Shown: positions 40,179 through 51,196, counted from the first letter of the stretch. The stretch: 64,000 bases of DNA from Candidatus Doudnabacteria bacterium (GCA_963837465.1 CAWINB010000004.1:202853-266852); one strand, 5' to 3'. Made by a program: numbers and translations. Notes: generated from the sequence alone by a model not told the origin.

Positions 40179-41261
40179 TTATTTTGCCTCCGCGCCAACT
40201 GCCTGGCTGATATTTGTAAAACCATCGCGCTTCAATAATTCAACCAACCCCCGGTTGATTTTTTTTACCAAACCCGGACCTTCATAAACCAAACCCGTGT
40301 AAATTTGAATTAAACTCGCGCCGGCTTTTATTCTTTCATAGGCGGTTTCGGCCGAATCAATGCCACCTAAGCCAATTATGCAAGGGCGCTTAAGCTGTTT
40401 GTAAGCGTGCCTTACCAGTTCCGTAGCTTTTTGCCTTAGAGGTTGTCCCGAGATTCCGCCTTTGCCGATTTTTTCCAAAATTGTTTTGTCCGTTTTTAAG
40501 TTGTCCCTGAACTTGGCGGTGTTGGTTAAAATATATCCGTCTATTTTACGCGCTTCACAAACTTCCAAAATTTTATCCAATTGCTCAAAATTCACATCCG
40601 GGGAAATTTTAACCAGTACAGGCTTTCCGTGGGCCATCGCGGCTTTAGCTTTATTAATTTCGTCCAGCAAAACTTTTAAAGCGCCGGGGTCTTCAAAAGT
40701 TTTCCCTTCCGCCGTATTGGGACAGCTGACGTTTAAAGTAGTGTAAGCAAACAAAGGGTAAAGTTTTTTAAACGTGTACAAAAAATCTTCCACCGCTTTA
40801 TCGCCCAAAATATTTGGATCGTGGGTCTTGGCGATGTTAATACCCACAGGCACCTGAAACTGTTTTCCGCCTAAACGCCAAGCGATAACATTAGCTCCTT
40901 CGTTATTTAGGCCTAAACGATTTATCAAACCGCTATCATCAGGCAACCTAAAAAGACGTGGCTTGGGATTGCCCGGAGAGGGGAGCGCCGTTATGTTTCC
41001 CATTTCAATATGGCCAAATCCTAAGGCCGGTAAAAAATCCAAAATTTTACCGTCTTTATCAAAACCCGCGGCCAAGCCCACGGGATTTTTAAACTTTATG
41101 CCAAAGACTTCGGTTTCCAAACTTGGATGTCCAAATTTATATACCGCGGAAACCGGACCGCTTAAACCTGCCGTATTGGCCACGCCGCACAGCCCCAGCA
41201 TCATGCCGTGCGATGCCTCCGGATCAAGCCCAAACAAAAACGGACGGATGAGTTTGTACAT
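40179..41261 (-). CDS. pyrD: Quinone-dependent dihydroorotate dehydrogenase
   Basis: NPVGLAAGFDK, GNPKPRLFRL, NVSCPNT, LVKISPD, QIYTGLVYEGP. Confidence 0.97.
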   Translation of the reverse strand: MYKLIRPFLFGLDPEASHGMMLGLCGVANTAGLSGPVSAVYKFGHPSLETEVFGIKFKNPVGLAAGFDKDGKILDFLPALGFGHIEMGNITALPSPGNPKPRLFRLPDDSGLINRLGLNNEGANVIAWRLGGKQFQVPVGINIAKTHDPNILGDKAVEDFLYTFKKLYPLFAYTTLNVSCPNTAEGKTFEDPGALKVLLDEINKAKAAMAHGKPVLVKISPDVNFEQLDKILEVCEARKIDGYILTNTAKFRDNLKTDKTILEKIGKGGISGQPLRQKATELVRHAYKQLKRPCIIGLGGIDSAETAYERIKAGASLIQIYTGLVYEGPGLVKKINRGLVELLKRDGFTNISQAVGAEAK

Positions 41262-41263
41262 TA

Positions 41264-42064
41264 TTATCTAAACTGGTTAATTCGGTAACTTAACCTTTTT
41301 GTTTCCCCTGCCGGGTCTTCGGCAAAAATTATGGCGCGGGAAGAATTTATAATCAGGCCGCGTTTTTGGCTGTCCAGTCCGGCGCCAAGCACAGCCTGCA
41401 CATCCCCCCCTTGCGCCCCCACGCCGGGAACCAGCAAAGTCATTTCCGGAGCGATGGCTCTTATGGCCCTGATTTCGTCGGGATAGGTGGCGCCGGCCAC
41501 CAGCATGCAATTGTGGTTATAATCCCAGTCCTGGGACACTTTTTCCGCGATAATTTTCCACAGGGCTTTGCCGTTGACTTCCAAGTCCTGGATTTCCCCC
41601 GCCCCCGGGTTGGATGTCCTGCATAATATAACAGAGGCTTTATCCGGCCGGTCCAAAAACGGACCCAGGGCTTCCTTGCCCAAATAAGGATGCAAAGTTA
41701 TGGCGTCAAAACCCAGCCAGTCAAAAACAGAAGTCGCGTAGCCGTTATTGGTACTGCCAATGTCGCCGCGTTTGGCGTCGCAAATGGTAAAAACGTCCGG
41801 ATGTTTCTTCAGCAAGTAATCCATGGTCATTTTTAATTCCTTCATTCCCTGTTCGCCGCGCGCCTCGTAAAACGCCGTGTTCGGCTTGTAAGCGGCCGCG
41901 TAATCCGCCGTCTGGTCAATTATCCATTTGTTAAACTCAAACTGCGGATTCTCCAAACTTTTAAACCGCGGCGGCAACTTGTCGTAGTCGCTGTCCAGCC
42001 CGACACAAACCAAAGAATTAACCTTTTTGGCCCGCAAATTGTATTTTTCCGTGGGGATGTTCAT
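41264..42064 (-). CDS. pyrF: Orotidine-5'-phosphate decarboxylase
   Basis: CVGLD, KPN.AFYE, DAKRGDIGST, LVPGVGAQGG; ATG 42064 coupled to the pyrE stop. Confidence 0.96.
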   Translation of the reverse strand: MNIPTEKYNLRAKKVNSLVCVGLDSDYDKLPPRFKSLENPQFEFNKWIIDQTADYAAAYKPNTAFYEARGEQGMKELKMTMDYLLKKHPDVFTICDAKRGDIGSTNNGYATSVFDWLGFDAITLHPYLGKEALGPFLDRPDKASVILCRTSNPGAGEIQDLEVNGKALWKIIAEKVSQDWDYNHNCMLVAGATYPDEIRAIRAIAPEMTLLVPGVGAQGGDVQAVLGAGLDSQKRGLIINSSRAIIFAEDPAGETKRLSYRINQFR

Positions 42065-42711
42065 TTTGTTTGTTTTAATTTTTCTTCCAAAAATTTTTTT
42101 CCGTGCCCGACCCTGGTATTTATGGGAACACCGGCTTTGCACAGGGGACAGTCATCGGCGTCAAAATTCTCGGCTTTAAAAATACACAGCGGATAAAACG
42201 GAGCGCCTAAAAATTCCGCGGTCACGTTTTCCGGATTACGGTTGGCAATCGCGGCAACAGCCGCTACTTCTCCCCCGACTTCCTTAACGGCCTCCACGGT
42301 CTTTCGCGCGCTGGCGCCGGTATTGGTAATATCCTCTACCACCAAAACTTTTTTCCCTTTAACCAACTGATCATAATTGCGGCGGCCGATTAACGTCATT
42401 CCCCCTTCCGGGGTTTTTTCAGCGTAAAGGCCTAAAATATCCTTATTCTTGATTTTTGACAAATGGTACGCCACCAGCTGAGAAAGAATAACCCCACCAA
42501 TAACCGGACCGACCACCGCATCGACATCCAGATACTTAATTTTTTGGGCGAATAGTTCGCAAAGCCTGAAGGTTTCCCGCGTGTGCGGATATATAGCGTC
42601 TTTGTTGATATAAACGCTCATATGACCGCCTTTGGTGCCAACAATGTGGCTGTCCGTAATAACAGCTTCCGTTCTTTTTAAAATGCCCAAAACTTCTTCT
42701 TGGATGTTCAT
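42061..42711 (-). CDS. pyrE: Orotate phosphoribosyltransferase
   Basis: VLVVEDITNTGAS PRPP motif, CPLC tail, operon context. Confidence 0.88.
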   Translation of the reverse strand: MNIQEEVLGILKRTEAVITDSHIVGTKGGHMSVYINKDAIYPHTRETFRLCELFAQKIKYLDVDAVVGPVIGGVILSQLVAYHLSKIKNKDILGLYAEKTPEGGMTLIGRRNYDQLVKGKKVLVVEDITNTGASARKTVEAVKEVGGEVAAVAAIANRNPENVTAEFLGAPFYPLCIFKAENFDADDCPLCKAGVPINTRVGHGKKFLEEKLKQTK

Positions 42712-42783
42712 AAATTTAGTCGGGCTCCGGACCAAGTCCAAGGCATCTTATATTAAATATGAGTGTATGAGTGTTTGTCAATT

Positions 42784-43668
42784 TTAAAACAAAGTCCTCG
42801 TGCCGCTCAGTTTTTCCATAAGTTTTTCTTTTATGGAAACTTTGGCGTGGTCGTTAATTATAGTGTCGGTGGAATAAACGAAAGTGGTAAGTTTGCGGAT
42901 TTTATCCATGCAGTTGTATAAAAACAGGCCGTGGGTGGCGGCGCAGCAGACTTTTTTGGCCCCGGCCGCTTTGAGTTTTTCCAGGGCTTTTATCATAGTG
43001 GCGCCGGTGCTTATCATATCATCCAACACCAAAACATTTTTACCGGCGACTTCAAAGTCTCCGTCCATTTCGCCCACATCACGGTAATGGATTTTGTCGC
43101 CCTCGTATTCCTTGCGCGCTTTTTTGTATGACTTGCCGCCGTGCTCTGCCGCCATGTAACCGGCGCCCATGTCCGGCGAGATAACTTCACAGCCCTCCCC
43201 GCCAAAAGCTTCGCGGCGGGCAAAAGCCCCCAGCTCTTTGCCCATGGAAATATTTTCTATATCCAGCTCCGCGAATTTAGCCGGACCCTCCTTGTTTAAA
43301 AAATGGCAGTCAAAAGTCACCAACTTGTCGCAGCCGGCGCGCTTAAGCAAATTACAAAGCACGAAAGCGCTGGCTACTTCGCCGTTCAACTTTTTTTTAT
43401 CCTGCCGGGAATAGGCTAAATACGGGGCCACCACCGCCACGCTTTTGGCGCCTGCCTCTTTTACGGAATCCAAAATAAAAAGCAGCGCCACCAAGGAAGT
43501 GTTCTGCTCGGGATACAGCCTGTGAAATACGATTACGTCACTATCTTCGCATTCTGCCAAATTTAAAATCCTGACATGGGTGTCGCCGTCCGGGAATTTG
43601 CCAATTTCAATACTGGGCGGAAAAATATCGCTAAAATTCGGGGAAACCAAATGGACGGCTTTGGACAT
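42784..43668 (-). CDS. prs: Ribose-phosphate pyrophosphokinase
   Basis: FPDGD, PYLAYSRQDK, SPD.GA, DDMISTGAT, ATHGLF. Confidence 0.93.
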   Translation of the reverse strand: MSKAVHLVSPNFSDIFPPSIEIGKFPDGDTHVRILNLAECEDSDVIVFHRLYPEQNTSLVALLFILDSVKEAGAKSVAVVAPYLAYSRQDKKKLNGEVASAFVLCNLLKRAGCDKLVTFDCHFLNKEGPAKFAELDIENISMGKELGAFARREAFGGEGCEVISPDMGAGYMAAEHGGKSYKKARKEYEGDKIHYRDVGEMDGDFEVAGKNVLVLDDMISTGATMIKALEKLKAAGAKKVCCAATHGLFLYNCMDKIRKLTTFVYSTDTIINDHAKVSIKEKLMEKLSGTRTLF

Positions 43669-43781
43669 AGTATAATTGACAAAAATGGCAAGATTGACAA
43701 AAATGAGCAAAAACAAGACCCCGACCCATGAATACTGACTTTATCATAACAAAAGTTTTTGGATTGTGCTAATATTTTCTT

Positions 43782-44117
43782 ATGAAACATCCCGGAACCA
43801 CTACAAAAAAATTTCAGCGGAAAATTGAGAATTTTACCTGCCAAAATTGCGGATTTAAAGTTACGGGCAACGGCTACACCAACCACTGTCCCAATTGCCT
43901 GTGGAGCAGGCACGTGGACATTAATCCCGGAGACAGGGCCGGGGCGTGCGGCGGATTAATGGAGCCGGTGAATTTGGAATTGCGAAAAAAGCAATATATT
44001 ATTACCCACCGCTGCCAAAAATGCGGCCTTGAAAGCAAAAACCGCCCGGCCGAAAATGACAACTCCGATGCTTTGCTTAATTTAGCCGGTACCCTTGCCA
44101 AAAAGGCAATGTTTTGA
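43782..44117 (+). CDS. RNHCP domain protein
   Basis: TNHCPNCLWSRHVD..PGDR...CGGLM. Confidence 0.9.
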   Translation: MKHPGTTTKKFQRKIENFTCQNCGFKVTGNGYTNHCPNCLWSRHVDINPGDRAGACGGLMEPVNLELRKKQYIITHRCQKCGLESKNRPAENDNSDALLNLAGTLAKKAMF

Positions 44118-44175
44118 TATATTATTCTGGCAATCTTAAAAATATTTTGCGGCGAATCTGCGGTTAATATTCCTC

Positions 44176-44252
44176 GGGCGGTTAGCTCAGTTGGTTAGAG
44201 CGCCTCGTTTACACCGAGGAGGCCACAGGTTCGAATCCTGTATCGCCCACCA
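44176..44252 (+). tRNA. tRNA-Val(TAC)
   Basis: TTTACAC loop, GGTTCGAATCC T arm, CCA. Confidence 0.95.
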
Positions 44253-44313
44253 GATAAGTTGGAAGATGAAAATTATCAAGTGGAGCCACTTTTCACTTGA
44301 AATTTATTTATAT

Positions 44314-44641
44314 GCCTCGGTAGCTCATTGGTAGAGCGTTGCCCTATAAAAACAATCTTTGGGGCCATTCGCCGTAAGGCGGATTGAGAAAAACTGGGTG
44401 AACTCGGGGAAAACTTCATCTCATAAAAAAGATGAAATAATCCCGAGCCAAGTTCCGAAGGGCTTCGCCGGCTGGCGGAAGGTTTCGGAAAAGGTGTAGA
44501 GACTAATAGGTGAGTCCCAACAATAATCCTATACAAGCGCCCAGCCCCGGCCCTTTAATATAAAGAGCCGGGTGATGATATAGTCCAAATTAGCCTCGGA
44601 AGAGGCAAGCGTAGTCAGTTCGATTCTGACCCGAGGCACCA
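44314..44641 (+). tRNA. tRNA-Phe(GAA) interrupted by a group I intron
   Basis: Exons 44314..44345 and 44599..44641 rebuild the TTGCC-CTGAAGA-GGCAA arm and the GCCTCGG/CCGAGGC acceptor stem. Confidence 0.9.
44346..44598 (+). ncRNA. Group I self-splicing intron (253 nt, no ORF)
   Basis: 5' exon ends in U; IGS GGGGC; AATCCCGAGCCAAG; GTAGAGACTA / GATATAGTCC (P7); terminal G. Confidence 0.88.
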
Positions 44642-44657
44642 GATTTTACTAAGTTTT

Positions 44658-46288
44658 TTAGCGCGGACAGAGTTCCCCTAAAAAAAGCAACAATCCAAAC
44701 AAGCGGCCATGGTTCAATGGTAGAACTCCTCCTTGCCAAGGAGGGGATAGGGGTTCGATTCCCCTTGGCCGCTCCAGTAGCAAACTTTCAGACATTTCAG
44801 ATTTTTTTGCACGGGCTTCGCAGAGCGAAGCCCATTGTGTCGGGGGGACGGAAACGATTTTTTGATTTTTTAAAACAAGGTGCGAGCCGAAGATTTTTTG
44901 TGCAGACGATTTTTTGGGGGGTAAGTCGGGCGAAAGCGTTATTTCGCCGAGTTTTTCTGCGTCTTGTATCCACTCTTTGAGAGGTGCGAGCCAGATTGTC
45001 CGTTGTTGTTCAAGACGGGCTATTTGCTCCTCCAGCGACTTCTTATCGGACACAAGAACGTTCTTTTGTGTCCGATAGGTTTCCTGCTCAATGTCTTGGT
45101 CTAAATAGGCGTTAAGAAGTCGCTGGAGCTTGCGGTCAATCTCATCTGTCCTTGAACGCAAGTCTTGGACAACCACGGCCACGGAGCGGGCGGAGTCCTT
45201 GTCGTCCTTGTCCGCCATAGCGTTTAGCTGTTCCGCCCACTCTGGTGGCATTACAAAGGTTTTAAGGATAGTTGTAAGCTGGTTGTCCAGTTCCGTGTCC
45301 CTGACGGACAACTGCGAGCAATGGGTGTTTTTCTTAGTGCAACGATAGTATAGGTAATTATGGACATTGCCGTTTTTTTGGTGCTTGGTCTTGGTTTCGG
45401 CGGTTATGCTGCGGCCGCACTCGCCGCACTTGAGCAAACCACAAAACGGCTGGGGCTGGTTCTTGGGATTGTCGCGCTGGTGGCCGCGTTTTTCTAAAAC
45501 CTCCTGTACTTTATCCCAAAGCTGCTTGGTAATGATTGGCTCGTGTCGCCCTTGGTGCAACTCACCTGCGTATTGGAAAAATCCGTAATAAAAAGGGTCG
45601 TTTAAAATATATGTTATCCTGTCCCGTTTTAGGATTTTTCCGCTCTTGGCTACTATGCCCTTATCTTTTAAAAACAAAGAAATGGCCTCAAGGGTATTAC
45701 TACCTTGAGCGTATAGTTCAAACATCTGTTTAATGATTTTGGACTTCCTTTTGTCTATGACAATAGTTTTAGTCCGGCTGTCGTTAAGATAGCCGATAGG
45801 CGCACGGCTGGGATACTCGCCGCGCCGGACTTTTCTCTAAGCCCCCGTTTAGTGTTGTTGCTTAGGTCTAAAATAAACTGGTTAGCCATTCCAAACTCAA
45901 CGCTCATAAGCAGAACGTTATCAGTCGAGCGATAGCTCCGCTCATTGGTTTGGATATGCTGGATTATGCCGCGCTGTAAAAACCAGCTAATCTGCCCGCC
46001 GTCCACGGGGTTGCGGGCGAGCCTGTCCAGTTTCCAGCAGACAAGGCCTTGAGCTTCGCCTTTTTCAATCCGGCTCATCATCTCGGAAAACACCGGACGG
46101 CCTAAAGATTTAGCCGACTGTTTTTCCACAAACTCGCAAGCAATAGATAAGTCCTGCTCTTTTGCCAAAGCCCGCAACTCCGTGAGCTGGGCTTCTATGG
46201 ATAAAACCTGTTTATCCTCAACATCGGTGGACTTGCGGGCGTAGAGAAAATAGTTATCGTTTACCAAAATTGATTTTTTTGCTATCAT
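44658..46288 (-). CDS. Large serine recombinase, frameshifted, reading into antisense tRNA-Gly
   Basis: YARKST, DRLARN; one base missing at 45831-45834 (restores REKVRRGEYPSRAPIGY); CGEC zinc ribbon. Confidence 0.88.
44703..44776 (+). tRNA. tRNA-Gly(GCC) (integration site)
   Basis: TTGCCAA loop, U73 plus CCA. Confidence 0.95.
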
Positions 46289-46329
46289 ATAATTGTAGTA
46301 AATTGTTATATATTGATACTAGCAAATAG

Positions 46330-46545
46330 TTGAAGAATATGCAAACAACCCCGAACATTGGGAATAATATAAAAAAATACAGGGGCAAGCTCGGCTTAAC
46401 ACAGGAAGATTTGGTAAAAAAATCAGGCGTAAAATACACCACCCTTTCTAAGATTGAAAGCGGAGCGTCAAAAAAACCGACAGTTCACATAATCGCTAAA
46501 ATCGCTAAAGCCCTCGGCGTTTCTATTGAAAATTTAATAAAATAA
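46330..46545 (+). CDS. XRE-family HTH regulator (controller-like)
   Basis: LTQEDL..KSGV.YTTLSKIESG; directly upstream of mod. Confidence 0.85.
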   Translation: MKNMQTTPNIGNNIKKYRGKLGLTQEDLVKKSGVKYTTLSKIESGASKKPTVHIIAKIAKALGVSIENLIK

Positions 46546-46549
46546 ACTT

Positions 46550-48277
46550 ATGAAAAATCCAGAACGCGCGCCGGAAGATAACAAAAAGGCGCAGTTAGAA
46601 AATGAAGTGGCGAGGCTTAACAAAAAAATTGCCAAATACGAGGCCATAGAGTTAAAGCAAAATCGTTTTGGCTTGGTTTGGATTGATGTGCCGGAAGCCT
46701 TTGAAGATGATGTTGAAAACAAACTGCCGATTTTAGAAGAAGTGCCAAAGTTGGCAATAAACAGCAAAGACGGCAAGCCAACACATTTGCTTATTGAGGG
46801 CGACAACTATCACGCTTTAACCTGCTTAAATTATACTCACAAAGACAAAGTTGATGTTATTTACATTGACCCTCCGTATAATACTGGCTCCGCTGATTTT
46901 AAATATAAAGATAAGAGAATTTTAGACAAGTTTCCCGATGGGACTTTAGTGCCAGTTGACCACCCTTTACGCCATAGCTATTGGCTTTCTTTTATGAAAA
47001 AGCGTTTGGAATTGGCTAAAGATATTTTGAAAAAAACCGGAGTTATTTTTATTAGCATAGATGACAATGAACTTGCACAACTAAAATTATTATGTGATGA
47101 AATTTTTGGAACAGAAAACTTCATTGAAACAATTATATGGAAAAAAAGAGCTACTCCTCCAAATGACCGTGAAATTGGAAGAAATCACGAATATATTTTG
47201 TGTTATGGCAAAACCCAAAATGTAAATTTAAATTTGCTTCCAAGAACCGAAGAAGGGATAGCGAGATATAAAAATCCAGACAATGACCCGAATGGAGCGT
47301 GGGCGGCTTCTGATTTAAGCGCAAATGGAAAAGGTGGAAGATTAGTCCAATCTTTAGTATTTCCGATAAAAAACCCATTAAATAAAAAAGAATACTTGCC
47401 GCCTAAAGATAAGTGTTGGCTTTATAACAAAGAAAAAATTGATAAGTTCATATCCGAGGGAAGAATTATTTTTCGTAATAGTGGAGCGCCATTTTTAAAA
47501 AGATATTTGAGTGAAGTTAGACAAGGCCAAACCGCACCGACTATTTGGGTTGACGCAGGCTTTTCTCAAGATTCCGCTCAAGAGATAAAAGATTTGTTTA
47601 ACGGGGAAAATATTTTTGAAAGCCCAAAGCCTTTAAAGCTAATAAGCAGACTTTGTTTTTTGGGTTGCAAAAAAAAGGACGCTGTAATTTTGGATTTTTT
47701 CGCTGGCTCTGGTACAACAGGCCAAGCAATTATGGATTTAAATGAAGAAGACAAGGGAAGCAGGCGGTTTATTCTGATTACCAATAATGACGAAATAACA
47801 AACGGGGGAAAGCATAAAATAATGACAGATATTTGTTACCCAAGAATAAAAAAGGTTATTAAAGGTTATAATTCAAAAAAGGGCTTGGGTAATTCCATAA
47901 AGTATTTCAAAACGGCTTTCGTTGGGAAAAATAACATATTGAAAGCTGATGACGCAGATAAAATAGAATTAGCTCACAATGCAGGCGGTATGTTGGCTAT
48001 TGCAGAAAATACTTTTGATCAAGTTGAACAGAATAATTATTGGCAAATTTTTGAAAGTAACAAACAATATACAGCCGTATATTTTAGAGAAGAATTTGGC
48101 AAGTTTGATGAATTTATAGAAAAGGTTAAGAAACTAAAAAAACCGGCTGTTGTTTACATTTTTAGCTGGGAAAAAGAATTTGAATTTAACGAATTTGAAG
48201 AAGACAAAAACATAAAAATTAAAACTATTCCCCAGCCGATTTTAGAAATTTACAAACAGATTTATAACCTTGTTTAA
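46550..48277 (+). CDS. mod: Type III RM methyltransferase (Mod)
   Basis: IEGDN, IYIDPPYNTG, PKP..L, LDFFAGSGTTG. Confidence 0.9.
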   Translation: MKNPERAPEDNKKAQLENEVARLNKKIAKYEAIELKQNRFGLVWIDVPEAFEDDVENKLPILEEVPKLAINSKDGKPTHLLIEGDNYHALTCLNYTHKDKVDVIYIDPPYNTGSADFKYKDKRILDKFPDGTLVPVDHPLRHSYWLSFMKKRLELAKDILKKTGVIFISIDDNELAQLKLLCDEIFGTENFIETIIWKKRATPPNDREIGRNHEYILCYGKTQNVNLNLLPRTEEGIARYKNPDNDPNGAWAASDLSANGKGGRLVQSLVFPIKNPLNKKEYLPPKDKCWLYNKEKIDKFISEGRIIFRNSGAPFLKRYLSEVRQGQTAPTIWVDAGFSQDSAQEIKDLFNGENIFESPKPLKLISRLCFLGCKKKDAVILDFFAGSGTTGQAIMDLNEEDKGSRRFILITNNDEITNGGKHKIMTDICYPRIKKVIKGYNSKKGLGNSIKYFKTAFVGKNNILKADDADKIELAHNAGGMLAIAENTFDQVEQNNYWQIFESNKQYTAVYFREEFGKFDEFIEKVKKLKKPAVVYIFSWEKEFEFNEFEEDKNIKIKTIPQPILEIYKQIYNLV

Positions 48278-48279
48278 TT

Positions 48280-50664
48280 ATGCCAGCATTTAACCTTTTA
48301 CCATTCCAAAAGACAACGATTGATGATTTAAACGAAGCCTTTTTAAGACTTTGGAAAAAACAAGGCAGGCAGTTGCCTTTGGTTTTTAAATCGCCAACTG
48401 GAAGCGGTAAGACTTTGACCGCCGCCCATTTTATAAAAGGACTTAATCATTTGCCGCAATGGAAAATTGATAAAGCATTTATTTGGATTACTTTTAGCGA
48501 TGACTTGGCAATGCAGAGCAAGGATAAGTTCAAAGACTATTTTGAAAACAATCTAGAAAATGCTCTGTTAACTGTAAACGATATAAACAGAGGCAAACTA
48601 TACGAAAATGATATTTTATTTTTGAACTGGCAAAAGGTTGTGCAGGATAATGCCGCAACCCGAAAACTTAAATTACGCAAACCCAAAGACGAAAGATTTA
48701 AAAAAGAAACGGGCAGTTATTTTGAAGATGTAATGGCAGAAACTAAAAAGGCTGCTCGAGAAATTATTTTGTTTGTTGATGAAGCCCACACCCACAAATC
48801 AACAGAGCTGGCGCAGGAGATTATTGACCTTATTAACCCTAAAATAATTGTGCATATAACCGCAACACCAGATGAAAAAGACGAACTGACGGCAAGGCGG
48901 TTAAAAAGTTTTGTAGAAGTAGCCCGAGAACAGGTTGTTGATGAGGGTTTAATAAAAGAAAAAATTTTAGTGCAGACTGAGGAAGACTTAAAAAAATACA
49001 AGGGCAAAGATTTAGATGAAGTCCTTTTGACACTGGGAATGGAAAGGCGGGAAGAGCTGGCAAATGAACTAAAAGCATTGGGTAAGGATATAAACCCGCT
49101 AATGCTTATTCAGTTGCCCAATGATGATAAAGAGCTTATAGCCAAAGGTGATAAGACTAAAGAAGAAGTTGTGAGCCAATTTTTAGCCTCTAAGGGCATA
49201 AAAAGCCAGCACATAGCCAAATGGTTTGACGGCAAAAAAGACAACTTGGACTTTATAGCCGACAATGACAGCAAGGTTGATTTTATGCTTTTCAAACAGG
49301 CCGCAGGCACGGGCTGGGACTGTCCCCGTGCGAGTGTTTTGGTTATGTTTAGGGAAATAAAAAAGGAAACTTTTTACACTCAAACAGTTGGCCGCATTTT
49401 AAGAATGGCCGAACCACAGGCAAAAGAAGATTATAAGAACAGTCCGAATTTAAGAACCGGCTATTTATATACCAACTATAAGCGTAGCCAAGTTGAACTG
49501 CCCGATTTAAAGAAAAATGAAATTCCAAGCCAGCACGCTTACAGGAAACAAGGTATTAAAAATATTAAATTGCAATCAGCCTATATTTCACGCATTGACT
49601 ATGGCGACATTCCAGCCTCGTCCAAATTCCAAGAGAGCTTTGTGAACTCAATGAACTCCTATTTTGGAATTACCAAAACAGACTTGCAAGCAATGGGGAA
49701 AGCCGAAGCGAAGCTAAAAAAGGCGGGCGTTGATTTAAGCCGCAAGCTAACCAACAGCATTATTGCCAATGCCAAGTTTGAAGATTTTGACCAAATGGCT
49801 TATGACTTTAAAAAGAGAGGCATTGATGTTGAGCTGGAAATATCAACCAATGATGTAGAAAAAACTTTTAATTATTTTTGCCTAATGCTCTTAAAAGAAC
49901 AAACAGATGAGCAGGCAAAATATACCAATGTCGCCCGTGCTTGGGGCGTGTTTAAATCAGCTATCCGTATTTGGTTTCAGGCTGTGTTAAACACAGACAG
50001 TAATTATTATTACAGGGTTTTTGTTAAGGATATACAAAAGGGGGCGGCCAGCAAATTCAGACCGGCAATAACCAAAGCCTTAATTGATTTTAAGCCTATT
50101 GCTCAAAGCATACTAAAAGACCGGAAGAAAAAACAGGAAGAAGCAGAAGCTCCGATTTTTGAAATTTTAGAGCAATACGGTTTTACATCTGATTACGAAG
50201 AACTGCCCCAAAAACTTTGCGCTTTGGATAAATGTTTTGTGCTTAAAGATTATAAAGGCAAAGAGAATGAATTGAATTTTATTAAATATCTTGAGGGCAA
50301 AGGCAAACAGATTGACTGGTGGTTTAAAAACGGCAATCAAGGCAAAGAATATTTTGCGATTAAGTATTTTAACAGCGTGGACGGCAAAGAAGCCCTGTTT
50401 TACCCCGACTTCATAATACGCTTTAAAAGTGGCGGGATAGGGATTTTTGACCCTAAAAAAGACCAGACGGCAACAGACCCCGAAACGGCCGACAAAGCCA
50501 AAGCGTTGGCGTTGAAACTAAATAAGTTAGGCAAGGTCTATGTTGGCGGTATAGCTGTTTTTGAAAATGGCGTTTGGAATTATAATAGCTCTGAAAAATA
50601 CAAATACCAAAAAGGTAAGATGAACCAAGATAAAAATTGGCAACCTCTTGAAAATTTATTTTAG
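48280..50664 (+). CDS. res: Type III RM restriction subunit (Res)
   Basis: SPTGSGKT, DEAH, TATP, GWDCP, QTVGRILR, FYPDF...D.K nuclease motif. Confidence 0.88.
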   Translation: MPAFNLLPFQKTTIDDLNEAFLRLWKKQGRQLPLVFKSPTGSGKTLTAAHFIKGLNHLPQWKIDKAFIWITFSDDLAMQSKDKFKDYFENNLENALLTVNDINRGKLYENDILFLNWQKVVQDNAATRKLKLRKPKDERFKKETGSYFEDVMAETKKAAREIILFVDEAHTHKSTELAQEIIDLINPKIIVHITATPDEKDELTARRLKSFVEVAREQVVDEGLIKEKILVQTEEDLKKYKGKDLDEVLLTLGMERREELANELKALGKDINPLMLIQLPNDDKELIAKGDKTKEEVVSQFLASKGIKSQHIAKWFDGKKDNLDFIADNDSKVDFMLFKQAAGTGWDCPRASVLVMFREIKKETFYTQTVGRILRMAEPQAKEDYKNSPNLRTGYLYTNYKRSQVELPDLKKNEIPSQHAYRKQGIKNIKLQSAYISRIDYGDIPASSKFQESFVNSMNSYFGITKTDLQAMGKAEAKLKKAGVDLSRKLTNSIIANAKFEDFDQMAYDFKKRGIDVELEISTNDVEKTFNYFCLMLLKEQTDEQAKYTNVARAWGVFKSAIRIWFQAVLNTDSNYYYRVFVKDIQKGAASKFRPAITKALIDFKPIAQSILKDRKKKQEEAEAPIFEILEQYGFTSDYEELPQKLCALDKCFVLKDYKGKENELNFIKYLEGKGKQIDWWFKNGNQGKEYFAIKYFNSVDGKEALFYPDFIIRFKSGGIGIFDPKKDQTATDPETADKAKALALKLNKLGKVYVGGIAVFENGVWNYNSSEKYKYQKGKMNQDKNWQPLENLF

Positions 50665-50677
50665 TTTATTGACGTTA

Positions 50678-51120
50678 CCCCAAAAAATCGTCTGCACAAA
50701 AAATCTTCGGCTCGCACCTTGTTTTAAAAAATCAAAAAATCGTTTCCGTCCCCCCGACACAATGGGCTTCGCTCTGCGAAGCCCGTGCAAAAAAATCTGA
50801 AATGTCTGAAAGTTTGCTACTGGAGTCCCTGTATCAGGACGCACGCACCCATTTTATCAAAAATTCCTGACTTCCGATAGGCCAAAACAGGGTCAAAAGG
50901 GGGGTCGTTTACCCCTTCATTCAGGTAGTCACTAGCCATTTTCAGAGTGACTACCCTCCGGTCTTAAAATAGCCCTGCTGCTATTGGCTTTCCTGCTCCG
51001 GCACTACCCAAAATCCAATGCCGACTTCACTCCGCTACAGTGTGCTCACTTCCGCTCCGTGATTGCCCCTCGGCCTTCTCTCCCGTCCGTCTTTTGACTT
51101 TACTCGTTGGTGGGGGTGTG
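50678..51120 (-). repeat. Inverted 443-bp copy of the element-1 circle junction (attP)
   Basis: 50678..50825 = revcomp of 44772..44919; 50821..51120 = revcomp of 53926..54225. Confidence 0.9.
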
Positions 51121-51196
51121 TGAATTGAAACAAAAAAATTGCGCTCAAGGCCGCAAGGCCGAGCGCGAAAAAAATAAAAACTTGAATTTCTAACAA

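Noticed and set aside
44276-44536. 86-aa ORF over the intron
   Set aside because: Antisense to the tRNA-Phe intron; no homing-endonuclease motif.
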